From assembly GCA_964396385.1 (NCBI GenBank), contig CAYNFH010000006.1:1-63014 (forward strand): a stretch of DNA of 63,014 nt, given 5' to 3'. This stretch comes from an uncultured Chthonomonadaceae bacterium (GTDB lineage Bacteria > Armatimonadota > Chthonomonadetes > Chthonomonadales > CAJBBX01). Made by a program: the position numbers and the translations under genes. The notes under the pieces are model-generated. The model worked only from the letters and a program-made list of their open reading frames with translations, was not told the DNA's origin and ran no database searches. Of the stretch, positions 56,091 to 63,014 are shown piece by piece (the stretch's first letter is position 1; each line of letters begins with the position of its first letter).

Positions 56091-56492
56091 TTGAGAACGG
56101 AGAGGCGGCGTCCCTGCTTCCAGCGCACGCCGATGTGCAGTGCCCAGAGGATGAGGTGGGTCACGTTGGCCAAAGAGATTGTCTGGTACTATCCGCGCGA
56201 TGTCAGGCGGGATGGCCCTGACACCGATGTGCTGTCCGACTGGCCGCACGCCAATGACATATCGGACGTCTCAGACCTCCTCCGGGAATACGTAGATACT
56301 CCCCGGGAGCAGCTTCTTGAGCGTGAGTTCGCCAACGACCGCTGGGGGCTGGCCGACGTTCTACGCGCCGCCGACCGTCGCATCGGTCTTCGCGGGCTGC
56401 GTAAGGTAGGAGAGAGGGTGCAGAATCCGGCGGTGTGGCTCATCCTGGCGCGGCGCGGCGTAGTGGCTGGAGAACGGGAGCCAGTCGAATGA
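56091..56492 (+). CDS. Hypothetical protein, N-terminus uncertain or truncated
   Basis: C-terminal SDLLREYVDTPR...DRWGLADVLRAADRRIG looks coding; ATGA overlap with the next gene. Confidence 0.45.
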   Translation: MRTERRRPCFQRTPMCSAQRMRWVTLAKEIVWYYPRDVRRDGPDTDVLSDWPHANDISDVSDLLREYVDTPREQLLEREFANDRWGLADVLRAADRRIGLRGLRKVGERVQNPAVWLILARRGVVAGEREPVE

Positions 56493-57337
56493 ATGTGGTC
56501 GCTGATCCACGCACCGGCACGCGCATGATGGCACTCACCGAACGAGCATCGCCTGTCCTCAAACTACTCCTCCCAGGGCAGGACGAGTCGGCCCGAGGGA
56601 TCGAAGTGGAGCTACCGGAGCACGTGTGGGGACGTCCACGAGGGGCATCCGACGCGGAGCAGTTGTATTTGATGGCGCCGGGGCGACAGGAAGACCAAGG
56701 GCAGCACAGTCCTCATTTTACATGGCATTGTGAAGGCCGTGCGCTCGGCTATCAGATGGAGGTCAAGCAGCGCATAACGATGAACGTTCGGGCAGAGATG
56801 GAGCCAGACGGTATCCGCATGCAGTATCGGTTCATCAATAACGGCCGCAAGGAGTACAGTGTTCTTCAGCCGGTGACCTGCGTGAAGCTTAACGACCCGT
56901 TTACGGACAACTTCCTGGAGAGGACCTATGTCCACCACGCGGACGGATTCGACCTCCTTGCCTCCGAGACTCCTGAGCGCTTGCAGATGTCGCGCGATCA
57001 GTGGCTGCCCTGCCGCTATCTGGTCTCCTTTACGTGGCCGCCGCCTTCGCCGGACCGCAGGATCGAGACGGTTGAGGGCATTCGCCGCTACAACAAATCG
57101 GTTTGCGTTGACGAGCCGGTCCTTGCCACTCTGTCACATGACGAGAAGTGGATCGCGGCAACCTGCACCCGCGAGACCGGGAACCTCTGGACCAACCCGG
57201 AGCGAACATGCCAACATGCCGACCCGACGACTGAGCTAAAGCCCGGTGATTCGCGGGAGGTCGCCCTAAAGCTCTTCTTGTTTCGCGGAACCCTCAACCA
57301 GCTTCTGGAACGGGTCAGGCACGAGCGAGGTGGGTGA
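56489..57337 (+). CDS. Hypothetical protein (beta-sandwich/mutarotase-like)
   Basis: Coding-like ORF; WTNPERTCQHADP motif; no family named with confidence. Confidence 0.6.
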   Translation: MNVVADPRTGTRMMALTERASPVLKLLLPGQDESARGIEVELPEHVWGRPRGASDAEQLYLMAPGRQEDQGQHSPHFTWHCEGRALGYQMEVKQRITMNVRAEMEPDGIRMQYRFINNGRKEYSVLQPVTCVKLNDPFTDNFLERTYVHHADGFDLLASETPERLQMSRDQWLPCRYLVSFTWPPPSPDRRIETVEGIRRYNKSVCVDEPVLATLSHDEKWIAATCTRETGNLWTNPERTCQHADPTTELKPGDSREVALKLFLFRGTLNQLLERVRHERGG

Positions 57338-57411
57338 AGGGCTGCGCCGCGGTCAACAGGACTAGGGCCGGGATAGACAGAATTCCGGGCATAGCGGGCG
57401 GTTACGGGAAG

Positions 57412-59709
57412 ATGCATCCACTCCCATTCATCGCGATTCTCTCTGTCATGACGACTTCGCTCTCTGTTGCGGTCGCAGCGCAGCCGCTTAGCGGCACGGC
57501 GCCCCTTACGGGCGATCAGGACCGGGCTTTGGCGATGGTGGACGGGATCAGCCGCTACCTGGACCGGGCTACGTCCGAAGCGGCTGCGCGGCGGTCCGAG
57601 CTCTGGAAGCGAGACACCAGCTCTCCGGCCGCCTACGAGCAGTCCATCGCGCCGAACCGGGAGCGGCTCCGCGCGATACTGGGGCTGACGGATGGGCGCG
57701 AGCCGCCTCACCTGGAAGTTGTCGGGGAGCCCGGCCGGGACGTGCTGCTCGCCCGCGGCGCGGCCTGCCGCATCTACATGGCGCGCTGGAGCGCGCTCCA
57801 CGGCGTGGATGGCGAGGGGTTGCTGCTGATTCCGAACGGGCCTGTCAGAGCCGACGTGGTGGCGCTGCCGGACTGCGACCAGACGCCGGAGGCACTGGCC
57901 GGACTGGAGCCCGGGATATCACCCGACGCTCAGTACGCGCGACGCCTGGCCGAGAACGGCTGCCGCGTGCTGGTGCCGTGCCTCATCGATCGCGGCACGG
58001 CGTTCACCTCCAGCTCGCCCATTCACAAGACGGACGTGCCGCATCGCGAATTCATCTGGCGGGCCGCGTACGAGCTGGGCCGCACCATGGCCGGGTATGA
58101 GGTGCAGAAGGTTCTCGCCGCCGTGGACTGGTTCCGGTCGGACGCGCGCCGGCCCGTGGGAGTTATTGGCTACGGGGAAGGGGGCCTTATCGCACTCTAC
58201 GCCGCGGCCGTGGACACCCGTATCGACGCGGCGCTTGTCTCCGGATACTACGGGCCGCGAGAGCGGCTCTGGACCGAACCGATCTACCGCAACGCGTTCG
58301 GACTACTGCGCGAGTTCGGCGACGCGGAGATAGCCAGCCTCGTGGCGCCGCGAAGCCTGGTCGTGGAGGACGCCGACCAGCCCAAGGTCGAGATCCCACC
58401 CAACCACGGGGGCCAGGCCGCGCCGGGCGCGATCGTGACGCCGCCGGCCGATGCCGTGAGGTCCGAGGTCGAGCGTGCCAACCGCTTCACCAGCGGCCTC
58501 CCGGGCGGGCGCGTCCAGCTCATCGAGAGCCGCACGCCGGGATCGGATGCGGCGCTTACGTCGTTCCTGGAGGCGCTGGGTGTCCGGACCGCCCTCACGC
58601 CATCCGGTCCTCCTCCGAAAGCGCCGCGGAGTTCTCCAGACCCAAAGGCCCGGCTGCGAAGACAGTACGACCAGATCCTGGACCACCTGCAGCGGCTCAT
58701 GCGCGTCGCGCCCAATCGCAGGGCGGAGCTGTGGGAGACGGCGACGCGGCGAGCGGGCGACGCGGCGAGCGGGCGAGCGGAGGCGTGGCGGGAGGCGGTG
58801 GGGCCGCTGCGGGAGCGGTTCTGGGACCAGGTGATCGGCCGGCTGCCGCCCGCCGATATGCCGCTTAACCCGCGGAGCCGGCTGGTGTATGACACGCCGA
58901 AGTTCAAAGGGTATGAAGTGGTCCTCGACGTCTATCCGGACGTCTTCGCCTACGGCATCCTGCTGGTCCCAAAAGACCTGAAGCCGGGCGAGCGCCGGCC
59001 GGTAGTGGTGTGCCAGCACGGGCTGGAGGGGCGGCCGCAGGACGTGGCGGATCCAAGCGTCAACAACCCATCGTACAACCAGTTTGCCTGCCGCCTTGCG
59101 GAGCAGGGATTCGTCACCTATGCGCCGCAGAACCCCTACATCGGGGGCGACCGGTTCCGGCTGCTGCTCCGGAAGGCGCAGCCGCTGGGACTGACTCTCT
59201 TCTCCTTCATCGTCCGTCAGCACGAGCGCACGCTGGAGTGGCTGGCGAGCCAGCCCTTTGTCGACCCGGAGCGCATCGCGTTCTACGGCCTGAGCTACGG
59301 CGGCAAGACGGCCATGCGGGTACCGGCGGTGCTGGAGCGGTACTGTCTCTCCATCTGCTCGGCGGACTACAACGAGTGGATCTGGAAGAACGTGGACTTC
59401 CTGAGCCCCTACTGCTACCTGTACCTTAACGAATACGACATGCCGGAGTGGAACCTGGCCAACACGTTCAACTATGCGGAGATGAGCTGGCTGATCTGCC
59501 CCCGGCCCTTTATGGTGGAGCGGGGCCATCATGACGGGGTGGCGCCGGACGAGTGGGTGGCGTACGAGTATGCGCGCACCCGGCGGCAGTACGACCTGCT
59601 GGGACTGGGCGACCGGACGGAGATGGAGGTATTCGACGGGCCGCATACCATCCACGGAGTGGGGACCTTCGCCTTTCTCCACCGGCATCTGCGCTTCCCG
59701 GCGCAGTAG
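57412..59709 (+). CDS. Secreted tandem alpha/beta hydrolase (dienelactone hydrolase / abhydrolase-like)
   Basis: Two hydrolase domains; second has CQHGLEG, YGLSYGGK, HDGV, GPHTIHG; octamer insert 58741-58780. Confidence 0.8.
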   Translation: MHPLPFIAILSVMTTSLSVAVAAQPLSGTAPLTGDQDRALAMVDGISRYLDRATSEAAARRSELWKRDTSSPAAYEQSIAPNRERLRAILGLTDGREPPHLEVVGEPGRDVLLARGAACRIYMARWSALHGVDGEGLLLIPNGPVRADVVALPDCDQTPEALAGLEPGISPDAQYARRLAENGCRVLVPCLIDRGTAFTSSSPIHKTDVPHREFIWRAAYELGRTMAGYEVQKVLAAVDWFRSDARRPVGVIGYGEGGLIALYAAAVDTRIDAALVSGYYGPRERLWTEPIYRNAFGLLREFGDAEIASLVAPRSLVVEDADQPKVEIPPNHGGQAAPGAIVTPPADAVRSEVERANRFTSGLPGGRVQLIESRTPGSDAALTSFLEALGVRTALTPSGPPPKAPRSSPDPKARLRRQYDQILDHLQRLMRVAPNRRAELWETATRRAGDAASGRAEAWREAVGPLRERFWDQVIGRLPPADMPLNPRSRLVYDTPKFKGYEVVLDVYPDVFAYGILLVPKDLKPGERRPVVVCQHGLEGRPQDVADPSVNNPSYNQFACRLAEQGFVTYAPQNPYIGGDRFRLLLRKAQPLGLTLFSFIVRQHERTLEWLASQPFVDPERIAFYGLSYGGKTAMRVPAVLERYCLSICSADYNEWIWKNVDFLSPYCYLYLNEYDMPEWNLANTFNYAEMSWLICPRPFMVERGHHDGVAPDEWVAYEYARTRRQYDLLGLGDRTEMEVFDGPHTIHGVGTFAFLHRHLRFPAQ

Positions 59710-59719
59710 GGAGAACCGT

Positions 59720-61036
59720 ATGTCGGACACACGAATCACGCGGCGGCGGTTATTGGGGGACGCGGCTGCCTTCGCGATACCGGCCATCGTACCGGCCCAC
59801 GTGATAGGCTGGCGCGGCCGGATGGGCGCGAACGACCGGATCGTGATCGCCAACATCGGCGTGGGGGGCATGGGCCGGACCCACGTTGCTCCGGACACGG
59901 CCGCCCTGTGCGACGTGGACTCCACCCGGCTGGCCGACGTCGCCAAGAGTGTGATGGCCGGCGGAAAGCGTACGGCTGCCTCGCCGCCAATTCTGTACGG
60001 CGACTATCGCCACATCCTGGACAGGAGCGACATCGACGCGGTGACCATCGGGACGCCGGACCACTGGCACGCGATGATGACGGTGCACGCCTGCCAGGCC
60101 GGCAAGCACGTGTACAGCGAGAAGCCCACGGCCCGCACGCTGGCGGAGGGCCGGGCCATGGTGCGCGCCGCCCGCCGGTACAACCGCGTCGTGCAGATCG
60201 GGGCCCAAGGCCGGTCTAATCCCAACGCCCGCGCGGCCTGTCAGTACGTGCGCAACGGCCAGCTTGGCCGTGTTACGCGCGTGGACATCTACCATCCAGA
60301 CAATCCGACTACGACGGAGGGACCGCGTCCGTATCCCGTCCCGCTTACGTTGGACTGGGACCTGTGGCTGGGGCCTGCGAAGTACCGGCCGTACCATCCG
60401 CTGTACCACCCCGCACGCTTCCGGTGGTTCATGGACCTGGGCGGCGGCCAGATCCGCGATAGGGGCAACCACGCCATGAGTATCGCCTGCTGGCTGATGA
60501 GCCACGACAACTACCGCGGGCTGGTGACGGTGGAGGCGCGCGGAGAGCCACAGACGCAGGGCATGTTCGATGTGCCGCTGAAGCTGGCCGTTACCTGGAC
60601 GATGCGGGACCCGGAGTGGACCCTCACGTGGACGCAAGGGGAGGTGCCCAAGACGCACGGGCTCTGGGGCGCGACGTACCATGGAACCCGGGACAGCCTG
60701 ATTGTGATCCAGGGCGACAACGCCTGCGATACGGAGGAGAAGGCGAAGCAGTACACTCCGCCGCCCGGGCGCGAGGTGTACCTGCATCCCACGGATCCGT
60801 CCCTCAGCGCCACGGAGCGGCACCGGCAGAACTGGCTGGACTGCATCCGTACGGGCAAGCGGCCGGCGATGGACGTGGAGATAGGCTACCGGACGGTGAC
60901 CTACTGCATCCTCGGAAACATGGCGTATACGCTGGGCCGCAGGCTCACTTACGACATGGGCCGGGAGCGGTTCGTGAACGATACAGAGGCGGACGCCTTG
61001 ATGCAGTGGCCGTACCGCGCGCCGTGGCACCTGTAA
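59720..61036 (+). CDS. Gfo/Idh/MocA oxidoreductase, Tat signal
   Basis: TRRRLL, IGVGGMG, TPDHWH, KHVYSEKP, LDWDLWLGPA. Confidence 0.93.
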   Translation: MSDTRITRRRLLGDAAAFAIPAIVPAHVIGWRGRMGANDRIVIANIGVGGMGRTHVAPDTAALCDVDSTRLADVAKSVMAGGKRTAASPPILYGDYRHILDRSDIDAVTIGTPDHWHAMMTVHACQAGKHVYSEKPTARTLAEGRAMVRAARRYNRVVQIGAQGRSNPNARAACQYVRNGQLGRVTRVDIYHPDNPTTTEGPRPYPVPLTLDWDLWLGPAKYRPYHPLYHPARFRWFMDLGGGQIRDRGNHAMSIACWLMSHDNYRGLVTVEARGEPQTQGMFDVPLKLAVTWTMRDPEWTLTWTQGEVPKTHGLWGATYHGTRDSLIVIQGDNACDTEEKAKQYTPPPGREVYLHPTDPSLSATERHRQNWLDCIRTGKRPAMDVEIGYRTVTYCILGNMAYTLGRRLTYDMGRERFVNDTEADALMQWPYRAPWHL

Positions 61037-61044
61037 GCCGTCAG

Positions 61045-61087
61045 CGGACGACGGACGATGGACCACAGACGACCCCGGATTCCCGGG
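61045..61087 (+). repeat. Heptamer array (CGGACGA)x4 degenerate followed by CCCGGATTCCCGGG core
   Basis: Same family as 10925-10952 and 49580-49640. Confidence 0.7.
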
Positions 61088-61114
61088 TCTGCGGTCCCAA
61101 CGAAAGGGAAACCA

Positions 61115-61588
61115 TTGGACCAAGACGCGATCCGGAGTGGTGTGTTAGCCGCCTTTGAGTACTCCTACCAGCACGATGACTGGGTGACGCCGCTGGCGGA
61201 AGCGCTAGACGGCGTGACGGCGGAAGAGGCGGCGTGGCGGCCGGCGCCGGACCGGAAGGGTATCTGGGACATCGTGCTGCACCTGACGGTATGGACAGAC
61301 AATATCGTGGAGCGGATGCGGAGCGGAGAGCGCGCCCGCCCGGCGGAGGGGGCCTGGCCCGCTCCGCCTGCCAGCCCGGATGAGGCGGAATGGGCGGCGG
61401 CACAGCAGCGCCTGTGGGACTCGCTGGACCGGCTGCGGGTCTACATGGAGGCGAGCTCGCTGGAGGCGCTGGCCGGTAGCCCCTACGGGTTAGGGGACCT
61501 CCTGTGCCGGTTTGTCCACAACGGCTATCACATCGGCCAGATCACCAAGTTGCGGGAGTTGCGAGAAGCGGGTGCCCACCCGCATTGA
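61115..61588 (+). CDS. DinB-family protein
   Basis: LDGVTAEEAAWRP, IWDIVLHL, HNGYHIGQI; TTG start after AAGGGA. Confidence 0.85.
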   Translation: MDQDAIRSGVLAAFEYSYQHDDWVTPLAEALDGVTAEEAAWRPAPDRKGIWDIVLHLTVWTDNIVERMRSGERARPAEGAWPAPPASPDEAEWAAAQQRLWDSLDRLRVYMEASSLEALAGSPYGLGDLLCRFVHNGYHIGQITKLRELREAGAHPH

Positions 61589-61610
61589 GCGAACCTCTGC
61601 GGCCGGCAGG

Positions 61611-62879
61611 CTACTTCACCAGGAACGGGACGTTGGCGGTGGCGGCGTTGCCGTGGCCGTCGTAGAGATAGACGAAGAGGCGGTAAGCGCCCGGCGATGG
61701 CGGCGTGCGGAAACGCAGGTGGGTTCCGGCGGCCTCCAGTATACAGTCTGATACGGCGGGCGGCTCCTGCTCCTGGTCGCCACCGCTCCTGCGGTCGCTG
61801 CTCTCCTGGCGTACCTCCCAGCGCACCGTCAGGTTCGGCGGGGTTCCGCCCTCCAGCGTCACCTCGGCGGTCTGCTCGCTATTAGCCGGTACCTCCATCC
61901 GCGCAACCGACGTCTCGAAGCTACTGATGCGGGGGCAGCGCACCCCCGGGTATCGTCCCGTCCAGAGGTACTGCATCGTCTCGACGGCCTCCGTGCGCTC
62001 TCCGGAGCGGAGGAACATGCCGAACCAGGTGGAGGTCGCCTCCTGTTTCTGCCCCCAGAGGAAGCAGTAGGAGCCGAGGCACTGCCCCCGCTGCCCGGCG
62101 ATGCTGTGCTGATAGTTCTTGAGGTATGTATGCGCCTTCTGTGTGCTGGTGGGCTCCAGCGGCGCCTTCCAGGTGGTGGCGCCGACCTCCCAGAAGCCGG
62201 GAGGCCCGAATTCCGTGATGACATAGGGACGGGTGAAGCCCGCGGCCCTCATCCTCTCCGGCAAAGAGCCCAGACCGGCGTAGGAGTTGATGCCCAGCAC
62301 GTCCACGTTGGGGCAGTACTTCATGAACTCCTTGAGCTTCAGGCCATCCTGCCCAATCTCGGCGATGACGGTCATGACCGGGTGGTTGGGGTCCTCCTGC
62401 TTGATGGCCTTTGCCGCATCGTCGATGGCCTGCCAGATGAGCGGGTCCCGGCCGTCGCCCTCCATCTCATTGCCCAAGCCCCAGATCAGCACGGCGGGGC
62501 GGCTCTTGTAGCGGCGGACGAAGGCGACGGCGTTCTCCTTCTGCCGCCGGACCGCCGCCTGGTCCTCGTAGTGGAAGCCCTGCCGGGGCTGGCCGAGCCA
62601 GATGCCGGCGGTGACCGAGAGTCCGAGCTTCTGGCAGGCATCCAGAATCTGCGTCTGGTCGTCACCGCCCCAGGTGCGGATGGAGTTGCCGCCGATGGCC
62701 TTGAGCGTCTCCAGGTGGTGGTCGCCGCCCGCGCCCTGAATCAGGTAAGGGCTGCCGTCCCGCTGCAGCTCGTAGCCGGCGGGGGTCCTGACGACCTGGA
62801 CTATCGATTCGGCGCGGGCCGCGGTTGCCAGTTGGGCCGATATGAACAGCAATGTGAAGGCAGCGATCTGCTTGCGCAT
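61611..62879 (-). CDS. Secreted GH2-like TIM-barrel glycoside hydrolase
   Basis: GGNSIRTWG, WGLGNE, GINSY, ITEFGP, WGQKQE. Confidence 0.82.
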   Translation of the reverse strand: MRKQIAAFTLLFISAQLATAARAESIVQVVRTPAGYELQRDGSPYLIQGAGGDHHLETLKAIGGNSIRTWGGDDQTQILDACQKLGLSVTAGIWLGQPRQGFHYEDQAAVRRQKENAVAFVRRYKSRPAVLIWGLGNEMEGDGRDPLIWQAIDDAAKAIKQEDPNHPVMTVIAEIGQDGLKLKEFMKYCPNVDVLGINSYAGLGSLPERMRAAGFTRPYVITEFGPPGFWEVGATTWKAPLEPTSTQKAHTYLKNYQHSIAGQRGQCLGSYCFLWGQKQEATSTWFGMFLRSGERTEAVETMQYLWTGRYPGVRCPRISSFETSVARMEVPANSEQTAEVTLEGGTPPNLTVRWEVRQESSDRRSGGDQEQEPPAVSDCILEAAGTHLRFRTPPSPGAYRLFVYLYDGHGNAATANVPFLVK

Positions 62880-62939
62880 GGGTGGTTGCTCTCTTTGTTG
62901 GAAGGGACTCAGGCTTGCATCCGTCTGAGACATTGTCTC

Positions 62940-62964
62940 AATTTGACACGCCGCGTGTGAAATT
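62940..62964. promoter_or_regulatory. Imperfect palindrome, candidate operator upstream of the GH2-like gene
   Basis: AATTTGACACGCCGCGTGTGAAATT; contains TTGACA. Confidence 0.35.
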
Positions 62965-63014
62965 GCCGCGGCGGCGGCAAATCACCCCCCAATTCTGGGG
63001 GAGCTTTCGAGGAA

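Noticed and set aside
4388-61087. Micro-arrays as sequencing or assembly artefacts
   Set aside because: Units are degenerate, recur at distant loci, preserve reading frames and show a stop-avoiding change; read-level confirmation is still advisable
4548-62960. Long antisense or alternate-frame ORFs (e.g. 4548-6176, 11065-12714, 18658-20193, 23008-24546, 35205-36848, 50050-52110, 58303-59946)
   Set aside because: Typical high-GC shadow ORFs opposite genes with clear family motifs
1-63014. CRISPR array or cas genes
   Set aside because: Repeats are 7-9-nt tandem units or hairpins with no 23-47-bp repeat-spacer periodicity; no Cas motifs seen
1-63014. rRNA or tRNA genes
   Set aside because: Intergenic gaps are short, and I saw no cloverleaf or rRNA signature

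Overview
High-GC (about two-thirds by eye) bacterial chromosomal window, probably Armatimonadota. That assignment is inferred from the LacI / small membrane protein / prepilin-H-X9-DG / TPR / CRTAC1 gene set and the HisKA_2 kinases. It holds about 55 genes: glycan-use genes (GH127, GH29, GH16, GH2-like, GH5/39-like, a GtaA-like enzyme, a sugar ABC transporter, LacI), an ECF sigma/anti-sigma/HtrA-like operon, a paoABC-xdhC-mocA aldehyde oxidoreductase operon, an orphan CcrM-like adenine methyltransferase, and a REP-flanked HUH (Y1) transposase. I found no rRNA, tRNA or CRISPR array. The most striking unexplained structure is a dispersed system of more than 20 short tandem micro-arrays with 7-9 nt units from many sequence families. 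Where both arms are present, a G/purine-rich arm precedes a C/pyrimidine-rich arm. Many have a GANTC/CCGG core, and they sit in frame inside about a dozen proteins. One family forms perfect 19-bp inverted repeats around both an empty-looking 161-bp site and a 4.9-kb gene-filled segment. All coordinates and counts were read by eye and need computational confirmation.
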